Source: Chara braunii (lineage: Eukaryota > Plantae > Charophyceae). From it: a stretch of DNA of 64,000 bases. The stretch is from NCBI GenBank assembly GCA_003427395.1, contig BFEA01000001.1, forward strand, positions 12,422,114-12,486,113, given 5' to 3'. Position 1 is the first letter of the stretch. Each line of letters begins with the position of its first letter. Shown here piece by piece: positions 12,636 to 26,389 of this stretch. The notes beneath the pieces were generated by a model. It did not search any database. It was not told the DNA's origin and worked only from the letters and a program-made list of their open reading frames with translations. The position numbers were made by a program, and so were the translations under genes.

Positions 12636-14646
12636 GAGTACGTTCAGAAAACTTCAGAAAACTTCATCAGACAATTTCAAGAAAATGAGACGAGGAACTA
12701 CTAGAAAACTCTAATTGGCCTAAGGATGGAGTTCGGAAAATTGAGATACCGGGACCATTACCCGGCTTTAGCTCGGAACTATTGGAGCTACCTCATACAT
12801 GTTTATGACAAATTCATGAAAAATTTCAGAAACGACTCGGAAAAACCCCATCGATCCGCTTTGCCTCACTCCGGCAAGACTGACTGCAGCGGAGCCACCA
12901 TCTCTACTGCTGCTATGCCATACTCCCATCCTACCAGCTAGCCCCCTCACTGGTAGGACGCGTGATAACCCACCATCTTCTCCCACTCACCTTATTAACT
13001 CTTACTATCGTTCCAGAAGCAAGAGAATAGGCCACAAAGGTCCTACGATTGTTCCAAAAACTTTGAAAACCTACCCACACCCTTCCAACGTTTTCCAAAA
13101 CTGTTGTACACTTCTGCCGCTCTCTTCCAGGTCTCACACCCCTACTTTCTGCTGGGTTACAGGGCAACGCAACTCATCCCAGCTCCGACCAGCGTCGTCC
13201 CGGCAGCAACCCTTAGTTGTCCCGTGGGAAGCCCCCCCAAGACCTCCCCAGATCTCTCTACCAGACCTCGCGCTCCTGCGTCGCAGGTTACAGGGCAACA
13301 CCCCAGCTCCGGTCAGCGTCGTTCTGGCATCGAACAACCGCAGGTCTCGAGTACAACAGTGATGACACCACGTAAGAAGAGCCGGTAGGGATCCCCAAGT
13401 CCTAAAACCTCCTAGGACCACTAAGCACCCAAATCTCTTTAGGGCATTCAAAAAGTGTTTAAGAAATATAAGAACGGGGGGAACAAAACTAAAACTGTCC
13501 GCTATCCTAGATTCCCCCTTCCAACAGATAGAGCGTCGGTCCAAGCTTTCAGCCCTCGTAACAGAACTCATTTGATCTCATACCCCCTTCTGTTAGGGTA
13601 ACAGGGCACCACAACCCTCCCCAGTACCGATCAACCTAGCTCTGACGGACAGGAAATGCCTTCCTCCCTCGACAATTCCCGTAGCGGCAAGCCCCTAAGC
13701 AGGTTACAGGGTCAATACCCCAGCGCCAGCTATGTCGGATGATCTGGTTATGCCTTCCACCCTCGGCATAACTTCACAGGCCTCAAGCTCCCCCTGGGTT
13801 ACAGAGCAGCGGCTCCAGCACCGGCCTGTGTCGTCCCAGCCTCGTCCTTCTGACCTGCTTACTCAAACAAACAGCCTTTTCTGTTGAAGATCCCCTTACT
13901 ACCTTCCTTCCTTCAAACCTAGTTCCCCCCCCCCTTCGGCTCACTGTGTAGCCCTGAAATTCTCTCCTTCCCTCAAAAGATCCTGACACTGCTATAAACA
14001 GCCACCCCCTTGCCTTCTCTCCCCACCCGCCAGTACTGATCCGACCCTAAATCAGTCTGGCTAAGAGAAAACAATCCCCCAATACCGCCTCAAAACAATA
14101 GTCCTCAATAGTTCTCAGGTTGATTCTCAGCCGAAGCCATGTAATGGCCCCGGTATCTCAAATGACTTGTGTAACTCTATATGGGACGCTGGGCCCGGTT
14201 CCCAGCACGTGCTGCTCCCCACTAATANNNNNNNNNNNNNNNNNNNNNNNNNNNNNNNNNNNNNNNNNNNNNNNNNNNNNNNNNNNNNNNNNNNNNNNNN
14301 NNNNNNNNNNNNNNNNNNNNNNNNNNNNNNNNNNNNNNNNNNNNNNNNNNNNNNNNNNNNNNNNNNNNNNNNNNNNNNNNNNNNNNNNNNNNNNNNNNNN
14401 NNNNNNNNNNNNNNNNNNNNNNNNNNNNNNNNNNNNNNNNNNNNNNNNNNNNNNNNNNNNNNNNNNNNNNNNNNNNNNNNNNNNNNNNNNNNNNNNNNNN
14501 NNNNNNNNNNNNNNNNNNNNNNNNNNNNNNNNNNNNNNNNNNNNNNNNNNNNNNNNNNNNNNNNNNNNNNNNNNNNNNNNNNNNNNNNNNNNGCTGGGAA
14601 CCGGGCCCAGCGTCCCATATAGAATTACACGTGTCATTCAGGGTCA

Positions 14647-16023
14647 GGGCCTCGTTCAACACCGCTACAAAACCCTTACATGTAAGGTTTTCATCGTTCC
14701 ACCCTCCCTAATCACAAAGAAAAAGAAGTCGAACTTGTTTTCACATTCGCGGCCGTAAGGGCGGGCCCTAAAAAAGTAAGGCTCCGCAGCCAAAACAGAC
14801 CTTGATGCAAGGACGTCCGTGGAGGTGACTTGAAAGTAGGGGGTGGCACCCTTACATCCATGAAAAAACCATTTTTATTCTTTATTTTTTTTAACGTCAG
14901 GTCTGTCTTTGGCATTCCTGCTCCAACGACAGTGTTGTCTGGTAGACTGCAGGACTGCAGTCCCACGGCAACCTCGAACGGCCGTGTGGTTCCCCGCCTG
15001 TGACCTTGCAGTCCCTCCGGTTCACCGTTTCGGCTGGCATTTGGAAGCGACCATTGCGGGGTCCGTGTGGAGGCGGTTGAGATGGCCATTGGAGATCTTA
15101 GGTTTGAATTTGAATGCAGTTGTTGTGCTTCCCTGTGATCTTGTATATTGCAGTCCTCTGCCTTCCATGATTTGTCCTGATGTAAGTCGACAGCTCCATT
15201 CCTTGTCATTTGCTTGAGGAGCGCATGGCTGACATGGTGAGGAAGACAGCTCCGTCTCCATGTGCCGACAGACCGTGAGGACGGCACTGGCGACCATTGT
15301 CTTCTCACGGGGTGACAGTATTCTCATCGCCGCCTCATCCTTTCCGCCGCCGTCCATAGCTGAACTCCCTTGCGAAAACACGCCACACGGTAGTCAAACG
15401 AAGCCATGTGTGGTGCCACAATGGTAGAGTATTGGCGCATGCAAAGTCAAAAATGCGCACGCAAGGACTCTAGAATGCAAGGTGTGCGAAGCAAACTGGT
15501 GGCGCGGAATTTGAATTCGAATGGTGAGGGTCCACGCGCGCATTCTCCTCATCACTGGATGACATTGCGCGCCCATATCACAGCCCCGCCTGGCTTCGTG
15601 ATGAGGCCGGACCGGTTGTCCCACGGGCCCAAAGGTGGCGGATACAATTTTGTCCGACGCAACTGTGGGTCGGACATTCGGATTCCTCTTTCGGCTGCTT
15701 AGAACACAAACAGGGGCACCTGAAACGTAAGTGCGCCTAAGTGTAGGGTTTTCGTAATCAATGCTGGCAGGAGCCCTTATTTTTCTTCCTTATACATTCT
15801 AAATTCTTTCTGTATATGGGACGCTGGACCCGGTTTCCAGCAGGTGACGCTCCCCACCAATAGATGGAGCCTCTCCCCAGGTGCTAGTGGTGTCTGCTCT
15901 TATCAGCACCACTTTCGTAAGTGGTTGTGGAAAGAAAAATGGGGTAAGGGAAAATTAACCACTTTTTCGCCGTAAGGGCGCCCTTACAAAGTAAGAGTTT
16001 TGTAGTGGTGTCGAACGAGGCCC
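14647..16023. mobile_element. Non-autonomous PIF/Harbinger-like DNA transposon, 1377 bp
   Basis: Imperfect ~33-bp TIRs GGGCCTCGTTC(A/G)ACACC(G/A)CTACAAAAC(C/T)CTTAC, 3-bp TSD TCA (14644-14646, 16024-16026). Contains a truncated LINE tail at ~15756-15930. Confidence 0.88.
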
Positions 16024-16169
16024 TCAGCCAAGTTGAACATGGATTCAAAGAACCCAAACAAGCTCTCATTGTGTGCGATCACAAGGCAAGACCAGACACA
16101 GAGCGTAGCTTCAGAATGGACAGCACAGACTCAGCATCATACCAGCGCCCAACAAAAAAATGAGCAAGA

Positions 16170-16262
16170 TGTTGGTAGGTGTGTAAGTGGGTGTGTGCGT
16201 GTGTCGGTAGGTGTGTACATGTCCGTGCGTGTCTTGTCTGAACTTCGCCCCAAACACGGGGG

Positions 16263-16339
<77 letters not shown>
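16170..16339 (+). repeat. Dispersed (GT)-rich repeat ending in a (GA)n tract
   Basis: Closely matches the reverse complement of ~63103-63250. Confidence 0.85.
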
Positions 16340-16344
<5 letters not shown>

Positions 16345-16534
16345 CACTGCCCTTGATCACTACCTAATTAATTATTGCTTATACCCTATATGTACAAAAT
16401 TCTCAGGGGGTAGCGCAAACAAGAGAAGAAAGAAACGAGCTTGTATCCCTTGCTAGAAGAGTGAGAGACTGAGGGGTAAGAAAGGAAAGGACAAGAGTGA
16501 CAGAAAGAGAGAAGAGAATATCCGGGAAAAATCT

Positions 16535-19500
16535 ATGGTCAAGATGGCAGGACGAGGAAGGCCGAGTACATCAGCAGGGACTAATGAAGAGGCCTTGGTT
16601 GGAGTTATACGGGAGTTGGTTGAAAGAGTTGATACTATAAAAGGAGGGTCAGACATTGCAAGAGCAAAAAGACCAGATGAGAGAATACCATGTTTCAGAG
16701 GGTCACAGGTTAATGACTTCTTGGACGAGTATGAACTATTTGGACTCAGTTATGGTTAGACAGACAAGGAACGACTTAAGCACCTCCTATCTTACTGTGA
16801 TACTGACTCAAGATTGACAGTCCAAGAATTAATGGAAGGAGCTACTACCTGGGAAGAGGTCAAAGAGAGATTGAAAAAGAAATTTGAGAAAGATTCAGTT
16901 CAAACTACAACTAAGGATTTGCTTAACATCAGAAGAGCTAAATATGACACTTCCAATGTTTTTCTTCAGACTTTTATCCAAACAGCAAGAATAATTTCAT
17001 ATTTGGATGAAGCTCAGAGATGCCATATATTTTTGACAAACTTTACTGACACTGAAAGACAAACAGTTCTTAATCAGGCTCAGCACTATCCTCTCAGATT
17101 GGATGAAATGGTTGCAATCATAAGAACTCTACTTACTGTCTCCCATAAGAAATGGTCACTAGATCAGATCAGCACTTTGGCCAAGGATTGGGAGAATAAG
17201 AATGAAATGAATAGGGGAAGCAATCTGACTGCTGAGAATATTTTTCAGAAGGTAATGACTAACTTTATACCTGCAAGGCCTGCAACGCATGCTGTAGATG
17301 ACAGGGGGAAGAAGAAGGCTGAAAGTGAAGAGGAAGACGACGATGATGATGACAATGAGGGCTATGGTAAGAAAGAGGATTTTTCCAGATCTAAAAAGAA
17401 TGGGAAGAATGGTGATGGACGAAACAGAGAAAGGAGAAAATATGATGAGCATCCTAAGAGGATTTTTACCTGCTACTACTGTGGTGAAGAGGGTCATACT
17501 ACCACTTATTGCAAGCCTCTTGAGGAGGATGTAAGGAGTGGGGTGACAAAGAAAGATGCAATGGGTCATGTTTGTGATAGTTCGTGGAATAAGTTGGACC
17601 CCAGACATCCAGGAGGTATGAGGATTCTTGCTCTTAAACATGATAAAAAAATGAAGATTAAGAAGAAGAGAAAGGTCAATGTGAATGTCCATTTTCTCAT
17701 TAAAGAATTGTCTGATGAGTTAGTACAGGAACAAGTGATTCTCATACTACGGTTGGACTGTCTCTGCAATCCTTAACATTAACAGAATGTGAGTCTAGGG
17801 AGGCCTCTACAAGTGAGCCTTCACTAGAGAAAAATCCTACTTTTCAGAATTTCTCTGAATTAGTAGAGTCTTCTTCCAATGAGATGGTTCGTTTTCTGGT
17901 CAACATGGTGTCGTTTCATGGCGATTTACCCCCAGAACTCGTTATGGAACCTAGTGTCAGGGTTGGTGAAGTGAGGAACCACCAAACTCGTATGACACCT
18001 CAAATGATAGAAGAAAAGAAAAGGAAGAAGGTTGAGGAGTCACTTATTAACATCCTTGATGACCCTGAACCGGAACGCTCATAGAAAAATAATGAACAAG
18101 AGAGAAAGATAAAATTTATTCTCAAGAGTGACTTGGATGATGAGACTGTGATTTCTTATGTAATTGCTAAAATGCTGGAAGAAACGGAAGTGACATTGTC
18201 CTTCAAGGAAACAATGACACTTGCACCCAAACTGAGAGAAAAGTTAAAGAAGTTAATTGAGAAGAAAAAATTGGAAGTTAATTATTTGGGGTCAGTCTTT
18301 CCCAACCAAGTGAATAGATCACTACCTGGTTGCAAGATGAAATTTGCAACCATGGGATATGAACACCTTACAATTCGCATTAATCAAGTAAAGATTCTAG
18401 CCCTAGTGGATTCTGGGGCGGAAATGGTACTTCTTTCACGACGAACGATGGAGACATGTAATTTGACTATTGATAGGTCTGCCCAAAACGTACTAAGCAA
18501 TATTGCAGGGGAACTGTTTGTGGCTGGGTTTATAGACAATTTGCCTATCCGAGTTGGGACAATGACTGTGGAATTACTGGGTTTTGTAGTGCCACATCTA
18601 GATTATGACTGTATTCTGGAAACTTCATTCTTGCATAGGATGAAGACCGTCCAATTTTTTAGTCATGAGGGGTCATCTTGGATCGGCCTACACGATCCTG
18701 AGACTGTCCAAGAACAGATCTTTATGGTCTGTACAAAGAATTATTTCAACCACCAACTATCTGCTAATTCAATCCGAAGGGAAGAATTTGCCGAAAGGGT
18801 TAGGAGACTAAAGGAAGAAGGAAAACAAGAAGCAAAAGAAGAGATTTCAGTGGGAATCAATCAAGTTTCCAAAATGATAAAGGCCCTTGGTAGGCTCGAG
18901 GATGAGAACGGGCAAATTGAAGCCTTCAAGAAGGTTGTAGAGACTGCTAAGGGAGGAAAGATGGAATTGAGATTTGCATCGACTCACCCTTTTTTAGGAA
19001 AATAGTCACTATGTCAAAAAAAAAATATAAGCCCAAAGGGGTGAAGAAAAACCTAGTGGCAGTCCTAATAGAAAAATATTATGATGAAGCCTTAAAAAAA
19101 ATAAAAAAAATTATAAGAGCATTGAGGGAATCAGAAAAATTGGAGAATAGAGTCACCAAAGAGGGATTCAACACAATGAAGATAGGCTGGGATCAATTTA
19201 TCCTGCCTAAAGAGAAAGAATATATCTTCAGGATGTGTCAGGAATTTTCTGGTGCTTTCTTTTTTAATGATGAAGAGAGAGGACGGTTGGACGTGGACAT
19301 GATCAAGATGGCCAAAATCTGGACGGTTGATCATGTTCCATGGAATGATAGACCAACCAAGTATGCCCTAAAGAAAGAAGCGGAAGTAGTAAAGTACCTT
19401 GACAAGAAGATTGCATCTAATGTTGTTGAACCTGCTGATGGACCGTATGCTAACCACTGGTTTTGTTTCTGGAAACCAAGAGGCGGATTAAGATGAATAC

Positions 19501-22296
19501 AAAATCTTCAGAAGCTCAATTCTGTGACGGTACGTGATGCAGAAAGTCTTCCTAATGCTGATCTCCTCGCTGAATCCTTTGTTGGTCGATGTATTTATTC
19601 TCTAATTGACCTGTATTCTGACTTTGATCAGTTCCCTATTGATCCCACTAGCCGGCCAATGACTGCTATGCACACGTCAAGGGGGCTTGTTCATATGTGT
19701 GTGGTACCTCAGGGCTGGACTAACGGAGTGACAGTGGTTCAAAGGGATATGATCAAAGTCATGCAGAATATTTCTCCTGAAATAACCAGTCCCTACATTT
19801 ATGATAATCCTATAAAAGGACCCTTGGTAAGAGATGAAACTTCGGTCGCAGGGAAAGTCAGAAAGTTTGTCTGGGAACATGTTGAAGGAGTAAAGATGGT
19901 CCTAGAGAGACTTCAGAAGTATAATCTGACTGCCAGTGGACCAAAGTCCCTTCTCTTCCAACCAGAAGTGATAATCTTGGGCTTCAGATGCTTCTCCAAG
20001 GGTAGGAGTCCAGATCCCAAGAAGATAGACAAGATCTTGAAATGGTCTCTGCCTCTCAAAAGAGTGACAGACGTCAAGAGCTTCTTGGGAGTTTGTGGAT
20101 TCTGGAGGATTTTTATTCCTCATTTTGATGCCCTTGCAGAGCCTCTGAGGGAAATGGTAAGGCAGGGTGCTAATTTAGCATGGAATGAGAAAAGACAAAC
20201 CGCAGCAGAAACATTGCAAGAAAAACTAAGAGATGGTGGTGTAGTGCTGAGAGTGCCATATTATGATGATGAGGAGAGAAGGTCTTTCATCATTGAGGCG
20301 GATGGAGGACCAGTTGCTCTGGGTGGATTGGTTATTCAGAAAGATGAAAATGGGAGAGAAAGACCTCTGAGATTTGAGAGCAGAACCCTCAATTCTACTG
20401 AAAGAGGCTACACCCAATTCAAGAAAGAGTTACTGTCAATCATCCATAGCCTCAGATGATTCAGGCACTACGTTTTAAGAAGGAGATTCATCCTGAGGAC
20501 TGATGCATTTGCTGTGATTGGTGCCATTAAAAAGCACCAACATGTAGATCCAACAGTCAGCAGATGAATCGCCTTCATCTGGACATATGATTTTAAGCTG
20601 GAAAAGATCCCCACTGAGAAAAACAGAGCGGATGGCTTAAGCCGGATTGAGTGGCGAGAGGAAGAGGAAGAAGATGTGAGTGGAGCTATTGAAGAATCTG
20701 CCTATGTTGATAATTTTCTTAATGAGAAAGATGATGAGGACTATGAAGTGCCATGCTCCTACAAGTGGAATCTATGGCCAGAAGAAAGAGACAGCTGGGG
20801 AGAGATCTCTAGTGCGTACATTTACGAATCGGTTCTTGAGAAATAAGGGGAAGATGAACCAAATGATTGGTATGCTAACGTCAACGCTGCAGCAGTGGCT
20901 GCTCATGAGATTGGAGAAAGTTCAGGTTCAAAGGAAGAAGAAGAGAGTGAAAAGAAGGCAGAAGAGATATTTTTCTTCTTCGAAGAATATGATGAAAATT
21001 ATCAAGAGATTGACAGAAAGATGGAAAAGGAGCAACTAAAAGAATATTACCGTAAGGATTCAAGGAAGAAATTCAGATTAAAGAGAGGACATCTCTTTGT
21101 GGATGGTAAGGGAGGTTTACCTCCACTAAGAGAGTGGTCTGTGGTAAAGAGAGACAGTTAGAGATAATTGCTGCCCTGCATGAGGGCATGAGGGGGTCGC
21201 TGGTGGCCACAGGGCTGCTGAGGCTACCTACTCCAAGACTGTCAAACTCTACTTCTGGCTTGACATGAGAGACGTGATTTTCAAATATTGTAAATCATGT
21301 GTCTTATGTCTGAAGAGGTCTACCACAAGGATGATTGAGACCCTATTCCCTACAATCCTGGTAAAGTCAGGTAGCAGAGTTCATCTGAATCTCATCACTA
21401 TGCCTCCAGGCAAGGGTGGGATGAGATACATATTAAACATGAGATATAATTTATCTGGATATGTTGAGGCAAAAACTCTGAAAAGGAAGACGGCCGAGCA
21501 AGTGGCTGACTGGATAGAAGAAGTCTATCTCAGGTATCCTTTTATCAGAGAATTTGTCTCAGACAGAGGATCATAATTTAGGAATGAGATTGTCAGAAGA
21601 GCCACACTCAGATTGGGTGTCAGGATTCGGTATGTGACTACTTACCATCCTCAAGCGAATGCACCTGTTCAAAGAGGTCATTGAACCCTGAAGGATTCAT
21701 TGGCTAAGTGGTGTGAAGGGAATCTCAGCAATTGGCCAAAGGTATTAAGAGCTGCTGTATATGCTGATAATATCACGGTCAAGAGAACTACTGGTTATGC
21801 GTCTTTTACTTTGTGGTATGACCGATATGCTACATTGCCTATTGAGAGTATTGTCAAGACATGGTCAAGTCAAGAAAGCGATAGAGACTATTCTACTTCA
21901 GAACTCGTTCAGATCAGAATGAGGCAGATATCTGAAGTTGATCAAGCAGTGATGGATGCAGCAGAGAGAATGACATCCAGCAGACTATCGGATCAAGAAA
22001 GATGGAACAAGAAAAGATATATAAGAAAAGAGAAATTGAACATTGGAGATGTTGTCCTTTTGTTTGGCAGTTCCCTTGAGACGCAATGGACTAAAAGGTT
22101 GGAGCCCAGATGGCTTGGTCCCTACAGAATCACGGGGGAAGCAGAGGGCAAAGTTTATGGGATTTCAGAGATGAATGGATCAAGAGTTCACGACATGGTG
22201 TCAGGGTCAAGGCTTCGTAAGTTTATTTTTAGAGACCCCGACTTGATCCCTACAGTGACTCCAAAAAGAGGAAAGAGAAGTCAACCATCTAAGTGA
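16535..22296 (+). pseudogene. Ty3/Gypsy gag-pol, decayed (element 1)
   Basis: Gag with CYYCGEEGHTTTYC (17471-17512); protease LVDSGAE; RT (LIDLYSDFDQ, VPQGWTNG, PYIYDN as degenerate YIDD); RNase H (EADGGP, KKELL); integrase (H..H..CKSCVLC, SDRGS, HPQAN); RWLGPYRI. Order PR-RT-RH-IN. Many stops and frameshifts. Confidence 0.95.
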
Positions 22297-22597
22297 GAGA
22301 ACAATCATAGCGGACTGAGAGAAAGAGTACAGTGAGACGCTGAGATGGCAAGACTCAGTTTCAGTGGACTCAGATCATTCATGAAAGGTCAATTCAGCAT
22401 TTTAGATTCTGCATTTCAATTTCAGAACTTCGATTTCATCATTTCAATTTCGGTAATTTAATTCCAGTTTTCAGTTTCAACATCTCAGCTTCAATATATC
22501 AGTTTTCAGCAAGTCTTTTCATTCAGTATTTCAGCAAAACGACTAAGTCAGATCTTTTCATGCAGTGCTACAGTCGTTCCATGAGTGTCAAGTCCCT

Positions 22598-24147
22598 GAG
22601 AGTGGGGGAATAACTGTAAAATTAGTTTCTTAAGTATTGACACAGTGTCAAAGATTTGAGAAGCTCATGGATGTGGCACATCGAAGGATATTATCAGTAC
22701 TATCCTAAGATAAAGAGAAGAGCATGGTGGACATGAGGAAGTCCAGTTCTGTCTGACTAAGAGTTATCAGCAGAAGGACTTCGAGTCTCTTAGTAAAATG
22801 TTCATCCAAGAAATCCAGATGAAGGCAGACATAAAGAAGTTCAGCTTTACTTGACTGAGAGTGGTCAGTAGAGGGACTTCGTACCTTTCGCTAAGGGTCT
22901 GTCTTCACTCAGACGAGGGAAGGGACCTCTCTGAGATCAGTGTTTCAGTATTTCCTTGAGAATGACGGGACGTCTCTTGGAAAAGAAATCCCAGTTGAGG
23001 GAAGGGACCTCTCTGGGGCTAGCACTAAGTTCTTTGTCTGAGGCTGAAGGGAGGTCTCTTGCAAACTCTTAGTGCTGGCTAGCATGTTATTGTTGAGTAC
23101 CTCTTGAGACTGACGAGAAGTCTCTTGAGAAATGTTTGTTCTGTTATGAGGCGTGGGCAGTTTGCTTGTGGGTCATGATATGCTTGCCTGATTGTCTGTG
23201 CCTGGGAGTCTTCTTCTCTAACCTGAGGGTGCATTGATTGCCGGGGCCAGCCAGAGCCTTACCGCAGTAGGTTGCAATCTGGTGGGGTCAGCAGGTCCCC
23301 GACGCGAGTGTCGAATTCCGTAGTCAGCTGAGGCTAAGACTCCAGGAGTCTGGCCTATGAAGTTGAAAGGGGTCGGCTGGAACCCTACCGCAGTCAGAGG
23401 ATGCAATCTAGTGAGGTTCGCCAGAGCCTGGAACTGTGGTTAGACCGGGTCCCACGTTCAAAAATCTGGGCGGGGCAGCCAGCGCCTTTGGCCAAAAACT
23501 TGTAGGTGAGCCGGTCCCTGCAAATCCGAGTTCGGGACAGCTTGACTGACGGGACGTCTGCTGTCATAGGGTGACCAGACCCGCTATAGTCTGGGTGTCC
23601 TGGCGAGAGTGTCAAGGGGCTGTCATACTCAAGTAGTGGGTATGTTGGTCCTAACCTGGAGGCAGGTCAAAGGGGCTTTCAAGACAAATAGTCTAACTAG
23701 TCCTGGCCTGAGGCAGGCCGAATGAGGTATGTCAGAATGACGGGACGTCTGGCATTCCTGGTCAGTGGTGGGTCGAAACCAAGGCAGTCAATAAATCCTG
23801 GGTATGAAGAGTTGTTATGTGTTAATTGTTATCTGTTATTTATTGTTTTATTTATGAGTTTTATTTTAATTTGTTAAATGTTTGACTGCTGGTTGTCAGA
23901 GGGTCTGCCTGCTCAAGCATGGTTGTTGTATGTGGGATTTGCTGATTTTGCAGGTATATAAATACTTATCTGAAGTTCCCAGACCAGAGAAAGGAAAAAG
24001 GGTTTGGTATCCCCATCAGGTGCTTGAGAAGCTGAGAAGGCGTCTCACTCAGGCCAGAGAACAGAAAAGAGGGTTTGGTATGCCGTATTTCCAGCATGGC
24101 AGACAGAGTGGGTACTCTCGTTACTGGGGTCATCCCTGACATAGATG
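22598..24147 (+). mobile_element. PPT and probable partial 3' LTR of element 1
   Basis: Purine tract GAGAGTGGGGGAA (22598-22610), then TGTAAA at 22615. Internal repeats (GAGGGAAGGGACCTCTCT x2, TGACGGGACGTCT x3), TATATAAA near 23954. Right boundary is a guess; the matching 5' LTR is at most a ~55-bp remnant ending TGTACA at 16396. Confidence 0.55.
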
Positions 24148-24149
24148 CC

Positions 24150-26389
24150 TGATCAAGATTTAAGGTAACCTTCATACGAAAGACCAGCAGTTGAATAAGT
24201 CAAACAAGCAGACAAAATTCTTCTTAAAATTTTATTTGGTGACCGATAAGCGGCCTGGTTCACGAGGAACCTGCATCCCTGGCCTTAAGGAAACCAAACT
24301 CTCAGGCCTGGGACGCTGTAGAAGGGACTGTGAACTGAAATTTTTAGGGGCAGAAAACAAATTCAGAAAGATGAAAAGAAGTCGTGTTTATACAAGACAT
24401 AAACTGTGGCCATGAGCTCAAGCTGGAAAAGAAAGAGAAGGAAGAAGATGTTGGAGAGAATGCAGTGATTAGGGTGATGAGGAGACGAGACAACACACGG
24501 GATAGAGGAAGGTGGGGCAGGCACTATGGCCTTGCTTACAGCTGGGGTGGAAGGAGCTCTAGGGATATAAGGGGGTGAAGAGGCGCTAGGTGAACCGTAG
24601 CGCGCGTCGAATTTCTTACGGAGGAACTCCATCCTGTCAAGAGATGGAATCCTCTCATACAATCCTGCTAACGAATAGCGGGGGTGAGGTCTCAGGCGGC
24701 CGTAGCCTCACGGCTCCTCCTCTTCCTCCTCCTCTGGGCAATAATCCCTCCATGCCCTAGGCGACGGTTCTTCTTTTGCCTTCCCTCCTCTTCCTCCCCT
24801 TCCTCTACCCTGTCCACGACGCGCCTCGGGCATGATGCAGGATGAATGGCCGTCAAGGAAGAAGATAAGGGGAGGATGATATAACACTAAGGGATATGAC
24901 AAGAATGGGACTGTGTAAGCGAGGTTCACAACGGTGAGGTGGATTAGGAAATCAGAAAGTAAAAGACTATTAAAAAGAGAGGGTAGAAAATGGTTGTGCG
25001 GGATATGGAGAACTACAGCATAATACAGAAAGATGAGTATTGATAGAAAAGGCTAACGCAGAGAAAGAAAAGAACTGGCACGAAGAAAGAAGGCTAGACT
25101 AGAAGAACGGGAACGAGCGTTGGAGGAAAAGGCGATCGTAGAAAGAAGAAGAGAAAAATAAGACGAGCACAGAAAAGAAGGACGATCGTAGAAAAGAAAT
25201 GCGGACACAGGAAAGGAAAGTGAATGCGGAAGAGATAGGTCAACGCAAAGAAAAGAAAGGGTCAACGCGAGCGTTGAAGAAGAGTCAGCGCTGAAAGAAA
25301 AAAAGGAAAACTAACTGCGCAGAACCGAAGTGTAGGTTTCACAGCGAGTTGCTAATAGGAACGAATGAAAGTGTTGCTTGCTCGTACTGGTTCTATACTA
25401 GAAGTGTGATGCGTTTTGACCCAACGGGGACGCTGGGTGGGGATTTGGTATTATGTCGGAGGGCGCGGTATCCCGGCCCTCCTCTGTGTACCAAGTCCCT
25501 GCTTGATACCGGTCCTCGCTCCGATGCTCCGGCCTATAGACATGTCCTGGACCTCATGCTGTTCCTGGTATCACAGTTGTGTCTCGACGCGGACCAGTCC
25601 CTGTGACGTTGCCTTTAACAAAAGGGTGCACCACAGGACCTTCTATTGGTCAACGCAGGCTCGGCGCCCTGCTGTACAGCAGAGCACAACCGGCCTGTAA
25701 CCGTGGAAGCCGTCGGGTCTGCCCTGGGAAGCGGAGGTGAGAAGACTGACTCAGACTTTTCAACTGCGCGCCAAGCGCCTCTCTACAGGTTATGGGTCAG
25801 GTACATTAAGTCATTGTCAGGAATGAGAAGACTATGAAGAGAAAACAGAAAGGGGGAAGAAAAGAAAACTAAAGGAAAATAAAAAGGGGACTAGAGGCTT
25901 GACCCGCAGTTGTGTTGACGTGCTTTAGTAGGGAAAAATTTGTCGGTCCCAATCACTATATCGCGTCGTTTTATATTGATGTTATTATTATTATTATTAA
26001 TGAAAAAATTTTATTCTGCCGTCTGCTTAAGTGCGGTTGAGCCTTAGTCGTGTTGCGGGAAGGACCCACCAACGGTTCGAATTCGAGCCCGTTTAAATAA
26101 GTGGCCTAGGTGGGCCGACTTTTCACTACTATTCCGCGGCTTTCACACTCGACAAAGCGCCGTGCAGCAGAACCTCAAAAGTGGAGGGCGACCCTCAGCC
26201 GCATTGGTAGGAAGCTTATCACCCCTGAATGGGGTCGTAAGCCCCCTCCTTACCATCGGATATGGGCACCCGATAGTGGTAAGCCGGAGGTCTATTTTGA
26301 AAGGGAAAATGCGGTCGTTGGTATCCCATTATGGGATCTCTATTTTTTTTCTCTCCTTTTCTTCGGACCTCGGTCATGTTGCACAGTCT
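24150..26389 (-). mobile_element. Probable 3' region/LTR of a diverged Gypsy relative, with a decayed ORF at ~24363-24836
   Basis: Two consecutive minus-strand ORF fragments in one frame split by one stop, a pyrimidine-rich leader, and at 26197-26290 a motif set shared with the pre-LTR structure at 47378-47520. Confidence 0.4.

Noticed and set aside
14160-14640. Inverted repeat around the gap, suggesting a TIR element
   Set aside because: Both sides are the LINE tail motif: either two convergent insertions or a scaffolding join through a repeat.
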